Part shown: positions 13,057 to 27,184 of the stretch, piece by piece
Layout of the letters: each line of letters begins with the position of its first letter
Numbering within the stretch: position 1 is the first letter of the stretch
NCBI GenBank assembly: GCA_001600695.1
Contig: BCKQ01000008.1
Span: 1 to 64,000 of the forward strand
Length of the DNA: 64,000 bases
Reading direction: 5' to 3'
DNA from: Ascoidea asiatica JCM 7603
Lineage: Eukaryota; Fungi; Ascomycota
Notes under the pieces: generated by a model
The model's database searches: none
What the model saw: the letters and a program-made list of their open reading frames with translations, nothing else
Told to the model about the DNA's origin: nothing
Position numbers and translations under genes: made by a program

Positions 13057-14022
13057 TGCTCTGAAAGTTTTTAAATGAATAAGACAGTAGTTGAAGTTTT
13101 GATCAATGTATTATGAAATATAAGTAGGTAAACTGACTTATTGGTTTGGTATTGTACTGTTTAGTATCACCTTTTATTAAACATGTAACGTTGACTACTA
13201 CCCTATTAGATTAGCATTTATTTACGCCACAATTTATAATATATTTATAAAAATATATATGTATATCATAAAAGTGATTTATATACAAGGCAGTATGTTA
13301 GCATCAACGGTGAGAGTTAATTAACCTTTGTTTGATAGGCCAACCAGTCCAGTTTACACAAACGATTAGTAATGTTCGTTTCCAACAATAGACGTAGTTA
13401 ATACAATACCAACAATTTGGCGTAGGTTTAATAGGTAATTCAGTCAAATTACTATTTTATTTGTAGCTCCGTTCTGAACCAGGTCAGTGGAATCCACTGT
13501 GTGCCAACAATTTTTGTCAGGTTTACACTTCAGAATTACACGTATTTCAGCAATTCCGTTGATATTCAAATTAGGGGGTTTCCACAGTAATTCTTACTTT
13601 TTTATTCCTTTTGTTTTTGAGACTGTCTTGTTTTATACTTATATATATTAACATCTATATAATTCCAATTACTGTTATATCCCCATACCTAATTGTAACT
13701 TGATTAGGTTAATAGCTCACCAAATCTACAGATGACGATAACCTAAAAATTATGCACGGAGCTTACCTTAAAGAATAATTAGTTTTGAGGAAAACAGTTT
13801 ACGTCTTAACTTGATAAATAGGCCAATGGTAATGAACAAATTTTATAAAAAGAGCTGCGATTGAAAAAATTTTCTTAATATTTAGTTATAAATACTGATA
13901 TATGATATACCTAGTTTTAATGCAATTATATTTAAATGAATCTAGTACCAAGTCTATTAACGGAATAATTTTTTTTATAGAAATACCGGATCAAAATAAT
14001 TCAGTTAGTTAATTCCCTGCAC

Positions 14023-14289
14023 GTGTTTGCTACCAAACATTTCACATTTAACATGAACGAAAGGTTCATTGGTGTTGATGCTTATGCTTATGATAACATT
14101 TACGATGCTGAATATGTTAATCCGATTTTGGCTGATCTTCTGTCACACCGCTTTTGCTTAGCTCTTTCTAACGTTGACGAAGCGGTTCAACATGTTAGAC
14201 ATAGACCGTATATTGCTGGTCCATCTTTAGCGGCTTGTCCCATTGAACTAAAGAACATATACTTGCTGGTTTTTCTAGAGAAAGTTTGA
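14023..14289 (+). pseudogene. Short orphan ORF or gene relic of unknown function
   Basis: 88-aa frame with coding-like codon use (GTT/GCT/GAT-rich), divergent from the 13056 ORF. The frame continues past one TGA to ~14349. Confidence 0.3.
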
Positions 14290-14789
14290 TTCAAAACTGT
14301 GGCTGCCACTAATACTTATATGGAAACTCAATCTAATGGTAAAAAGTAAGACACAAAACTGGCATAACAAAAAATTGAAATTTTTCTCGGTATGATAGTA
14401 GAATTTGGGAGAAATGCTCTTAGAAATATTAACGATTTTTAATACTAAAAGAACACACTTTGAAAAATATTAAATTGGTAATGAATTTCAATAGTTTCAA
14501 GATTATTAACTTGATTTTGAATTTTGCAAATGGCGTGGAGAGGTAAAAAGGTGGTACACTAGCTTCGGCTAAGGTGAGTTGATAAGCAGACCATATTATT
14601 AGGACAAATAAACAAATAACAGTGAGAGGTCGAAGATGTTCATAGATGAAGTGATGATAAACTATAAAGGAAAGTCTGTGGCTACTATAGTGGGAATGAA
14701 CAAACGAATAAATTTAGGGTAGAATGTGTTTGCTTAGACCAAAGCCGGATACATTTAGTCAATTGGTTAGAGTTCACCAGGTATCTCAA

Positions 14790-17700
14790 CTTACTGAGCA
14801 ATAATGAGTCGCTCTGCATTCTGCCTCATTACCAGTCAAATACTGATAATTATCCCAGTTATATAAAGCAATAGTCCATTAATCATTAGAATTGATATTA
14901 ATTGTCATTCTTGACCAATTCGAAATATACAGTTTTAATAAATACTTTGACACAGCCGAATATCCTATATATAGACACGTTTTTTACGCTTGATAACGCC
15001 GCAGTTCAAGTGTGGCATTTAAATGAACACAACACCTCAAAAATTGATTAAACCAAAAGCAAAAAGTTGTACACAATTTAATCCGTGAGTAGTGAAATTG
15101 GGCAGACACATATTGGAAACATATTTTTGAAACATAACACAAAATTTTTTAATGTCATCCTAAATGATTCATAACCATCAAAAGTTAATTTGGCGTTTAA
15201 ATAATAGAAATTAATAAAATTTGAAATAAGATATGAGAAATTAAAATAAATATATAAGTAATTAAATAGTAGTTAACAAAGAAATTAGAAATACGCATTA
15301 ACTGGAAATTATATCCTTACAATGTTAATTCAATAATTCTCATTTAAAATTTAAAACTAAAATAAAATTTAGCAGGTTCACTTCACATTATTCTTTTAAA
15401 AAATATAGAAAAGTTTAATTTCTAAATTAAATGATGAAATATAAATATAACAATAAAATAATTAATTACAAAAACGTTAGCATCGGGAAACATATAATTG
15501 TACAAATATTATTAATTTAAAAATTAAAACGTACTCCAAAGAAAATCAAGAAAGCTTTGTGATCAGACGCGAAGAATAACACAAATTTATCAACAGTAAC
15601 AAGGAAATAGTATCTTATTGGGGCTTGAATTATCTCAAAATCAGATAAAAGCAGTTAAAGAAAATCATATGACAGAAATATCAGAATTAACATCAATTGT
15701 TAAAAATCTAGCATTAGGAACTAGTCCTACATATAAAGGATTAAAACGTGTATCACCAGATTGATTTAAACCATCAACGATTGCTGATCATCCATATATT
15801 ATGGCAGATAAAGCAATTTCAGGATTGGAAAGTTAAGAAGAAATTTGCAATTTATATTGTATACCGGGATCCGAAAAACTCACCAATATAAAATTTTGGC
15901 TAAAAGATTCAGCACTTATTTGGTATAATACTTTAACTGCAAACTGTTATTAATAGAAATTAAAGAATTATTTAAAAATGAAACTATACCTCCAATATAT
16001 AAGAAAACATTAGTTAGCAAATATTGGGATCTAAAAGCTATCAATTTTGTTTATTGGCTCAATCAAGCATTCCAAAAATTCCTTAGAAGACTTCCCGAAT
16101 GTTTACAACCGGAATTATAACTAAAATATTAATATTTCTATTCATTAAAACATCAAGTTCAATTATACATTAAAACAACTACTTCATTAGAATCGAAAAC
16201 TCTTTGCGAACTAATGATTATTGCAGCAGATTATGATTAAGCATATAAAAAAATCTCAAACTGTAACAATTGTAACTTCAATAATAGAGGAACAAATAAT
16301 ACAGCTTTTCACAATAATTCAAATTTTAACAATAATCCTAATTTTAATAATGCAAATGCAAATAATCAAAATATCAGAAAGTCAAATAATAGCAATAGGC
16401 ATAATTCATCAAAAAATAAAGGCAAAATTATTAATAACAATAGAAACAACAATAGAGGTAGTTTTTATAATAATACTACCAATAATATAGAAATAACTAT
16501 TCAGGAAATAATTATAGAGAAACTTAAAATACGTACAATACAAGGTACAATCAAAATAATAATACTAACAATAATTATAATAATTCAAATTCTAGTTCAG
16601 ACCAACCAATTGAAATAGATAACACAGAAGTATCAAACCCAGAACACAAAGCAGCTTCAGCAAATTACCACTTTGAACATATACAGTAAAAACAAAAAAA
16701 GATTCAAATCAAACTAATTGGTATCATACGGACAACAAATCGATGAAAACTCATTTTTACCAATCCCACCATAATTTATATTTGAAGTTATAACCAATAA
16801 TGCAAATTTAAAAATGAAAGGGTTAATAGATTCAGGATGCCCATATAAATTAAGCTCCTCAAACATATTAAAATTAGAATGTTTAGAAACAATTCCAATA
16901 TCTACATTAGCAGTTATTAATGAAAAGTTAGATCAAAATTCAAATAAACCAATTTCCAATTTATCGTTAACCGATATTGCATTTTTTAATAAAAGACCAG
17001 AAAAAATTCTATCAATCCTAATTGATATGAAACAGTATGATTAAGTATTTCTTTTCTTAAAATCTAAACTGGAGATTTTCAAAATCATATAAGTAAAAAA
17101 ACAAAAAATACCAAAAATTTAACAAATTCGGACCGTATAATTAACGACTAAAAAAATTCACAACAAAATTCAGAAATTGAAAATCAATTATTAGGGTTAA
17201 TTGTATATTTAGATCAAATTTCAAAGAAAAGCACAAGGAAGCTGACAATTTATTATTTCGTCATTAGATTTTAAGAGATACTCCGGAAATATTTGCGTAT
17301 CCAACATTCTTAACACCCAAAAGAAAAGATTGTCATATAAAATTATAACTTCTTCCTGGAACAGAATCAAAAAAAAAAAATACCTTACCAAGAGCTTATA
17401 AATTATCATATTTCCAAACTCAAAAATAAAAACGTCAAATTAGTTAATTATTAAATGAACCAAAAATAAGTATTGCAAAAGAAGGAGAACATAAACTTTT
17501 AACTCCAGCTTTTGTATTAAAGAAAAAATATAAATCAAAATATTTATTTTGTTGCATATTGAAAAAGAATAAAAAAAGTTACCAACAATAGTTAGCTTTT
17601 TCATTACTTTGTATCCTTAGCGCATTTAACAATTTATTCAATAGAAAAATTTATTCACCAATCCATTTAATTTCGGCTTAAAATCAATTAAGATTAACCG

Positions 17701-20700
17701 AGGAAACTGAAAAATTAACAACTATCAATTGGACATTTACATAGTTCTTATAGTTTTTTCAATTTTTATAGAAAAGCAACTGCAGACTTTGCATTAAAAA
17801 TCTGTCAGTTGACTAAAGAAATAAACAAAACAATTTGACTTTATAATGAAATTAAATCACGATATAATCAATCAGAACAACAAATTTTATCAACTACATT
17901 ATTAACAATTTAAAATCCTTCCTCATCTCTCGGATTATTAGGAGATGGAGCTGAAATAACCATAGTAGCGGTTTTCGACTATTTAGAAGAAAATAAAAAA
18001 CTATTTTGAAAACCATTAACAAATCAAAATTTTGAAAAAATTAACAAAATTAAGACCCTCTTATGGCTTAATAACCTATTTTAAAAAATGCAAATCACGA
18101 CTATCCAATTACAGAAAAAGAATTTTTAGACATTATTGAATCATTAAGTTTGTTCATCTTTATGTAAAGGGCAAAAGATTTCATATCTTCGCACATCATG
18201 AATGTTTAAAATCAATCCTGCTTCCAAAAAAACAATTAAAGGGAAGACATGATAGACGCAGTGATACTTGAACTGAAATGAATTGATAAATCATCTTTAG
18301 AAGAGGAATTAATAGTGGCGCACAAGATTCTTTATAAGCAATAGAATTAAATCATGTTTCATTTAATAATAATGAAACAGATATATAAATTACACGAAAT
18401 TCAACCCTAGAAGCAATTTCAGATCATTCTTCAACTGATGTTTACTTTTCAGATATTTATAAATCCTTACAAGAAGAGAATTCTGACCAGAACCATATAA
18501 CAAAGAACATCAACTCATCGTTTCAAATAAAGTCAATTTTACAATCAATGATTTTATATTGGAAACTAATAACCTATATTATAATCATACTAATAAATCG
18601 CATGCTTTTAGCATTAGTCTTCCAGAAAACTCATCTGTTCAAGTTTTTTTACTTTTTTATTCGAATAAAGTATATCGAGTAATTTTAAGATTTTAAACTC
18701 TCATCAATAGAGTATTTTATATCCCTAAATTAATATAAAAAAATCAAAACCCATATTCAGTTTCGTTAGGTGTGTGAAAAGGATAAAGATTCAATTTTAA
18801 AAACTGTAAATTTGATATCAATTAATTCACCATCACAACAGTTCGAAGGGATTGTAATGCATTTTCTTACAATATGAAAATATTTAAACGATTCGGGTTT
18901 ATAAAATTAAGTTTTGGTAATAGTAAATGAATTATCAAAAAGACAAGAATATTTTGAGATACTAGAATAATAATAGCAGAAGAGATAGGCAAATTATTGA
19001 CAACAAATTATATACGCCATAATACGATGCCAAGTAGAGTAATTTCAGATAGAGCTGGATTCTTGGTATATTAATTTTGCAAAACTATCATGAATATTTT
19101 TAAACTTAAAATATCATTGTAAACAACTAATGATGCAGGAACTGATGGATGATCAACAATAGGAAATGACTTAATTAGAAATAAAATAAGGAACTTATCG
19201 TAATTCAAGTAATCAGCCATTTTACTTAGTTTTTCCAGAATACTATTTCAATACACAAATAGCCGAATCCACACGTTTAACTAGATATTAAATGTATTTA
19301 GGTTTTAGCCCACATTTTCAATAGAAAAATAAAATTTATCAAATATTAATCGTATTGCAACTGCTGTTGCAAAAACACAAAAAGAATGTTTGAAATATAT
19401 GTTAAACGATGTCACAGATCATTAGCTAAATCAATACACATTTTTCTGTTAAAGTCGTAAGAAAAGAAAATCTAAAATAGGCCAGTTTGTTTTTGTTGAA
19501 CAAAAAGTATTCACCAATTATACTAATAAAGATCAGTCAATTTTTAAATGTTTTAAAGTAACTAAACAATATAATGATAATTCATACACATGGGAATTAC
19601 CAATTCGATTAAAAAACAATTCATGAAGCATTTGATATAATTTACCTAAAACATTTTTGTTTTTGAGAATATCCTAACAACGTTTCGTCATATTTTATTT
19701 AACAAAAATTCAGGGGCAATAAGAAACTCAAATTTTAGAAATTCAAACTTATAATACTAAAAGAAATGAAGTCACTTATAAAGAGTTTAGTCCAAAATAC
19801 TACAGTAGTCATAACTAACAAAATTTTCAAATGTATCCTAGTCAAATTACAACAATCTTTATTTCAAAACTTTAAACAATTAAATTAATTTTCACAAGAG
19901 AGAGGAAACAATTTATGGTACCCCCTAAAATTTATTTAATTTTTCAAAATTTCATTAATTATTATTAACAACTTAAATGAAATATTTCGCCAATAAAAAA
20001 ATTTATTTACTCAAGATAAACATTTTTCATATTACCCAATACATGTTGCAAAAATCATATCATCGTTCTAATCCCCTTTATTTTATCAACACTATAAACC
20101 AGTTCATTATATTGAAGCTCAACTACTTTACCAATAAAATAACAAAATTTAAATAATTTTAAATTGAAATCTTAGTAAATTTTTTCAATTCATAAAACAA
20201 TTTATTCATATAATTTTTATAAAATCCCCTGATCAGCTTAATCTCCAAATGTTCATGATCACTCATTGTTTATTCTTTTTATTTCATCAGTTTACCCTAG
20301 TTTTACACAACTCCATTTTTCATTAATCTAAAATTTTGTTTCAGTTTTCCTAATAAATTTTCACTCTTGATTTGCTTAACCAACCCTTAAATGATTTACA
20401 CGTGATTGTTCAAAATTAACAAATGTGTAATAATAAACCTGTCGTTTTAGTATGGTATCTTATTTCGGAGCTGTGCACCCATTTTTATAACTCCATTTAG
20501 AGTATTTACAATTTCGGCTCTTAAAGAAAATTAATTATTTTTAGATAGGTACTCAATGAGAATAAAATAATCAATCAAAATATAAAAATACTAGACTCAT
20601 GAATTATCATAACAATTTAATAATTTAGTTATTTAAAAATGAGTAAATCAATAATACAATAATCGAATAATGGAATAACCAAATTAAAAACAACATAGCT

Positions 20701-21200
20701 CAGTAATCAAATCTTAAATCAAATTGTGTAAATATTAATTAATATCATATTAACGTAATAACTTCGGCATTATAATAATGACGCATTTACTAGAAATATA
20801 TAAAATTCTAGTTTCAAAAATTCGTTTTCGATAAATTTTCAATATTTTTGACAAATAATTTTACTGGTTATCAAAATCAACCTTCCATTCATTATTGGAA
20901 AGTTTCGTTAGATACTGGTTAAGGAGAAGGATGGTGTAATGAACCTTAATTACTCAATCCAAATTATGAGTCATTACCAATCCATTTGTAGGATTTATCC
21001 TAGTTAAACAAATCAAGAATCCCATAATTGTTACAATTAACGTAGACCCATTTATTCCATACACGTAATTCATTAGGAGTCTAAAAGCTTCAAAGCTTTA
21101 GCATCTCAAAATCTCATGCGGCTCATTTTGGACGTGAATTAAATATCGGGTTCTCACGATTTTGTTTATCGGTAATTAATTTACCTCCCGTAAATTTTTT
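14790..21200 (+). mobile_element. Degraded near-full-length Ty3/gypsy retrotransposon
   Basis: Domain order is gag (ATG 15669; FWLKDSALIWYNTL), protease (MKGLIDSG, 16814), RT (KIYSTIHLISA.NQLRL, ~17645), RNase H (YPITEKEFLDIIESL; YVKGKRFHIFAHHECLK, ~18100-18210) and integrase (ISDRAG...DAGTDG, ~19040-19150). A PPT (AAGGAGAAGGATGG, 20921-20934) precedes TGTAATGAAC at 20935, which aligns with a decayed 5' LTR starting ~14790. LTR 3' ends are uncertain. Confidence 0.85.
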
Positions 21201-21349
21201 TGATGGTTAAGATTTAATATCCGGGGAAGTGTGACAACTAGTTCCCAATCGGCTTATCTTCACTCATTGTTCAAAATACGAAGAAAAAATTCACAGTGGA
21301 AAGCAAGTAGATATGAGTATATTATATATGAAGGACGTTACACTTACAT

Positions 21350-22800
21350 AAAAAGAAATATTGTGCCTCGCATTAGTACAGGGAACGAACTAAAGGAGAT
21401 TCCAGTCAAAACAAAATACAGTCCTAACACCAAAATTTGGGGCCAGCTTAGGGCGTGAATCAATAAAACTTTACGAAATAGAAATAAAACCGAAGTGGCA
21501 CCTCTGAAACTTAAGAATCGTAAAATCTTCACATGCGACATGTAGATGTAGCCGACTAATACCAACCAGGTAATACTGCTCCGTTAAGGGTGTATTCAAA
21601 GTGGCTTACATTTTTTCTTTTTGATAGACGCTGTTCTTATTCAGAGTCACTTGCTTTATAAAAGGAAATTAAGTGAAAAACTATTCATTTTCCCGAGTTA
21701 TGGCAGTGTGGATAAAAACCTTGCTAGGAAAACTTAGGGCTACTGATATCGGAGGCGTTGTTGGGATAATTCCGAAATTCAACATGGGATCCAATCTACA
21801 AGCGAGTCTAGCTGTAGCTATTGTTTCTTAGATAAAGCGAATCTGAAGGTCATAGTCTCGGCTATTAAGTGTCCTAGCAGGTCTGTCCAACTGTTTCCGG
21901 AGTTTACGGTTGCTTTACATTTTCCTAGGAAACTATGTTGCTCCTCTAAAGTTGAGAGAATCATAATTAAGCGCAAAAAATGCATGAGGCTAATCCTAGT
22001 AGGTTCTCCTGTCCGTTTCATGATTGGAACTAGTTTATTAAATAATTTTTTAGGAAATTTATTAGTATTTAGTACGCAGGTGGATCCGTACTCGTATAAC
22101 TGAAACCTGTTTGCGACAAAAGACTGAAAATTGGGATTAAATGGAGATTCACCGGTGACCAGTGTTTAGCTTCTTTTGAATTTTTAATTGTAGTGTTTGG
22201 TACAATGGATACATAACCTTAATGTCTCTTCAAAGCAGCATGAATGTTAGTATTAAGCTACTTGACCTCAGCAGATTGATTTAACGACTTGAATTGGTTA
22301 AATGAGCAATCTCCTTTGTTTTTGTAAATTGAAGAATTTCATGGCAAACAGCAGTTTTAGCACGTGAATCAGTGGTTCTAGAAGTAGCAGCGTTAAGCAC
22401 CATTTTAGTGGAATCATCATTTAGGGCCACATGCCATAAATACTGTTGCATAACTATTTCAAATATAAGCTTCTCTTGATGGTAAATTGAACACAATTTG
22501 TCTTTAATTTCAAATTTGTAACCGCTTTCTGATTGCTTTCACATCGACATACAATATTCTAGGATCGTTGGGTAACAACTTCATATTATTAGGTTGAGGA
22601 CATCCATTTTTGAAAGTACCTTCAGTTTTAAATATCTCACGTCCAGTAATTCCTTTTACCAAAGTGTTTGATTCTCTTTGGTCTGCAATCAAATTGTTTG
22701 AATTGACAACATGAGTTGAAGCAGCAGTATCCAACACCAAGTTTGGCTTAGACGATAAACCTCATAGATTGACTTCTTCTTGAATTTGCAAAAGTGATAA
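21350..22800 (-). mobile_element. Ty1/copia protease-integrase fragment
   Basis: VLDTAASTHVV (aspartic protease, ORF 22510-22740), YLWHVALN (gag-pre-integrase LWH motif, ORF 22281-22496) and VLVGY (integrase C-terminal motif, ~21560). Confidence 0.75.
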
Positions 22801-23949
22801 ACCAGTATTAACTGTGCTTTTATTAGCGAGGTCCATTCTACCGGCCAACGACCGCTGAGTAAGTACTTAAAATTTTAAGCTTAAGAAAGTACCCATCTGA
22901 TTACCACGCTAACTAAACCCATACAAGTCCGATTAAGCGGCTATTATTGGCTACCTTACTAGGGAAAGGATTTCTGTAAAGCTAGAAAGAATACTAACTT
23001 ATAAAAAGTCACCCCTGCTGATGAATGAGAAGTAGACATTTATAAATACTATTATATATCGTTAATGAGGATAACAAAAATTTTATTATACAATACCCCT
23101 TAAAGCGAAGATTGTTTGCTGTGTAGCCGAAGGATATTCCAGTACTGAAAAACGAAGGTGAGGATCAATCATGGAATACGTTCACCATTATTAGAGGTAG
23201 TCAAATTTAAAGGGACTGAAAAATATACTCCAGGAGCAAAAGAATTTAGAGTTTTTTAATTTCGCGTGAATAGTTTCATGGCGCAACTGGCCAAATTGTA
23301 TCAACAATTAATAAAAAAGAACGTATAATACTCCAAAATATGATACTTTTTATTTAATAGCAACAGTGAACACTGTAACTTGTGTGCACTAATTTAGTTT
23401 TGATGCATATACTATAAATTTTATTAACCCGGTATATTTTTTAATGTGATTACGAGCATAAAATTCTATCTTAGTGTAGGCTTTAGCTTCCTTTTCCAGC
23501 TAACAGTGTGACTTAGATCTTAAAGGCGTGTCGATGGCCACATTTAGTGATTGACCCTTACAAATTATCTGTTATACATCCGACCAGGGACTCTTATGTA
23601 ATTTTCAAATAATAATTAGGAATTGCAGTTTTATGTAACTCTCCTATATAAAGACTTTTTATTAATTCAGATTCGAGTGTTATTTAAGTAGTATATAAAT
23701 TTATAATTCTATATTGATTGTAAAATTTATATTCATTAATAATAACTAGTACAAGTAAAATAAAGTTCTCTAGTGTAAACTAATAAAATTAATCTAAAAC
23801 CACGATTTATGAGCCGTAAAAATAATAAAAGGTAAAAACACAACCACACGAAACACAATTCGAACCAGCGAATATTTTAGGGTTTGCATCCCATGGTCCC
23901 CGATCATTTACAGCTCAGACTCCAAGTATCAGCGAACTGGTTCAATGAA

Positions 23950-24430
23950 ACAATAAGCAGACACGCTTATTTGTTGGACGTTATTTTCATAAAACTGATC
24001 TATTTGGCTGGTCTTTTCGCTACAAAATTTCTCTTAGGTCGACGAGTCTTGCGGACGATGTACAATTCCAGGGAGCAAGCACCTTCTTAGAAGGGTCACT
24101 CTCCCCTGGTTGTGCAGCCGATCCTTTGGATATACATTCCCAACTGTTCAGTAGTACTATCAGATGCACAAACATTTTATCAGTAAATCTAGACATGGAA
24201 GCTCGTTACGTTGATAAATTGACACATACAAAGGCGGGCTCTCATTAGATTTTCTTATCTATCAGAAGGTTATTTGAATCCATTACCATACAAAATTACA
24301 AAACTTAGTGATTTCTATTACGCACATTCTCCTAATTCTGAGTTCATTATATCTACAAGGGCATATTTGTAGAGGCTTAGAGAGTTGGTAAACGTTGAAA
24401 TATACGACGCCACCTACAACCCCTCTTTGT
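23950..24430 (+). mobile_element. Retrotransposon gag-like fragment, cut by the copia insertion at 24436
   Basis: The frame TDLFGWSFRYKISLRSTSLADDVQFQGASTFLEGSL resembles the W.F...A...L.G.A capsid region of gypsy-type gag. TTATGAGCC at ~23807 resembles a half-tRNAiMet PBS. Confidence 0.35.
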
Positions 24431-24435
24431 AAGTG

Positions 24436-24770
24436 TGTTAGGATTCTGGCTGATAACCGTTATCCGTGTTGTGAACTGTGCCAGTTGTTTAATATATAAA
24501 AATTATATTCACTTAGAAATATACTTGATATTGAAGAATAAATAACGAAGTAGGTGCAACTGATCAAAGTAGATAATAACTGTAGAATATGTATACAGTA
24601 AATTTACTTAATATAATGAATATAGTAATGCAATATGGAACAATCTATTCCTCATTTAAAAGAAGAAAGTACTTCTCTTCCAGTAGTAAATACTGCCAGT
24701 TTGCAAGACTCAACCACAGAAGAGCCAAAAATGTCAGGTAGCAATATCCCCCAGAGCCTTCTATCCTACA
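24436..24770 (+). repeat. 5' LTR (335 bp) of the copia element
   Basis: TG...CA ends, TATATAAA at ~24494, and collinear with 31967-32304. Confidence 0.92.
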
Positions 24771-27093
24771 GCTGATACAGCTAATGGCAAAACAAGCTGA
24801 CGCGTTCACTGCTGCTGTAAAGGTAAATACATACCCAGTTTAGTTAGTTCAACAAAATACTGATTCTAAGGTTTTTGGCCCACAACAATAGTAATTAAGT
24901 TTTGGACTGAAATAAAGTTAGAAACAACCTTGAGTGCTATTGAAAAGAACCGAACACATAATCGAAATATAAAAATTGGTTATGCAAACACAATGTCAAT
25001 TTTCAAAACAACTGATTATGTCAATTCTCTTTTATACCGTACGGTTGATCCTAAAAATCATAAAGAAATTATCAGATAAGTTTTGGATGAAAATGATTCT
25101 ATTGTATTTTGGAATACGCTAGATATTAGGTGGTTTTTGTTGTAACTAACTCTTAAGCGCTTTAACCCAAAATGGAAAAAATACAAATGTTGTCTATTAG
25201 GGAAATCGTGCGGCTAAATAAAATTGAAATACAAAAAGATTTGAAAAATAATATTAATGATGGTTTTAAAATACTGTTTATTTTACCAACTAAAAATATG
25301 TTAATGACAGAACAGATGGATGGTCGAGAAATTGTTGACTGAAAATTTAAATCAAGGTATCCGGAGCTTGCTCCTTATATTTGAAAATTACGTAGAATTG
25401 CTATTTATAGCTCGTTGTTTGAAAATCCTTATCGTTATGTGCTGCAGCTCAACTATCTTGCTGAAATAATTTGTCAAAAGAAGACTATAGATTGAACTTA
25501 AATGGAAGAGTTTATAAAAGATAAACATAAGTTTATTACAGATAAACATGATAAAGAAACTAAAAAGTACATGAATGTAGTGGCAAATCCAAAAGTTGCT
25601 AAAGTAAATTTCGTTTCTAATAGTCCTGAAAATCCTGGTGCTTCACCAAAACCTTATGTTTTATCTGGTGCAGATTTCAAGACGTTATTTAATGGAAATT
25701 GCCACGGTTGAGATGAATCCAAAGAATGATCAAGTCACCATTGTAGTAGAACATTGAATTTGATGTTGAATCGCCATAAATGGAATTAGAATCATAATCA
25801 TCTAGTATACCCCAAAAGTTCTAAACATAAAAATCATTCGCATAGAAAATTCTTCAAAAATAGTCAAAAATCAATTTTTGATAATAATTTGAAAATAAAA
25901 TTGAAAATATTCGACTTTAAGATGATGGAAATACAATAAGTGAGTATGAATCAAAATTAAATGGTTCCGATGATTCTTAACAATTGTTGCTATAGTAATA
26001 AAGGTATTTGTAATACTATAATTACGATGGCAGAGAATTATCAAAGGACTGAAAAAGATTAATGATTTCATTCCAAGTACCTATAATAAAAGCAAGAATA
26101 AAAATAACCATTCTTTGAATAACAAAACAAATCTTGAAATAATTCCTGACAATCCAATAACTATACCTACAAAAGACTCACATAAGCAAGTTGACGCGAT
26201 AAAACCTGATGATATATCACTGTTCAATCGTTTTATCAATTGTAATATTGTTCAGTAATATCCCAACCTTGATTTTATCAAAAATTCAATTTTGTGTGAA
26301 GAAGAAAAAATTTCAATTGAATTAGATCCTAAATGTGAAACTGAATCAGCACATAGAATCAAAAATAATGGTGAAACTAATAAAAGAAGTGAAAAGATCG
26401 AGGTTTCTGGTCTTTCATTAACTTCAATAGTTGCAGAAACCTCATGGAACGTGTTCTCATCAAATATAGTTTTTAATACCAGAATTCTACCTCCAAAACT
26501 TATGATAGATTCCGGTGCCAACATATCAACAATTAGTGATTCAAATATCATTTTAATTTTACCAAAACCATAAATTATTTGCAGAGAAGTGTCGCAAATT
26601 CATAAAATATTGTCTCAGATGAATTGTGTACATTGATATTAATGTTGCAGGACAATAGAATTTTAGAAATCGCAGAGGTTTCCTATTTTCCAAATATCAT
26701 AGTAAATATAATTTCTTGCTCTGGTATTACAAACTTTAAATTAAAAATTTTAACTAATTATCAATCTTTTTTTTTAATAAGTAAGGTAAAGAAATTTGCC
26801 CAAAAGAGATTAAAGATTGTTCGAAAAGCCGAAGATTCACTTTTATATTTGACACCTTCAATTTTATTCACTAAATGGTCAAGTGTATCACACGTCAACC
26901 AAAACAAACTTGATTATTATTCAAAAGTACCGCTATTGTCATCCAATAATAATTCAACTTTGGAAATAAATAATGTCAATAGATTTGCAGATTCAAATGA
27001 AAATCTAAGTAGTTCAAATACTCTCAACAATTCAAATCAAAATTCATCAACGTTGACACACTATAATTCAAATTTCAAGATCAGCAGTACTAA

Positions 27094-27094
<1 letters not shown>

Positions 27095-27156
<62 letters not shown>

Positions 27157-27184
27157 GAATAATAATAATACGAATAATAATAAT
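27095..27184 (+). repeat. (AAT)n microsatellite inside copia pol
   Basis: About 20 pure AAT units followed by two ACG-interrupted blocks; gives the poly-Asn run in ORF 26624-27244. Confidence 0.95.
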
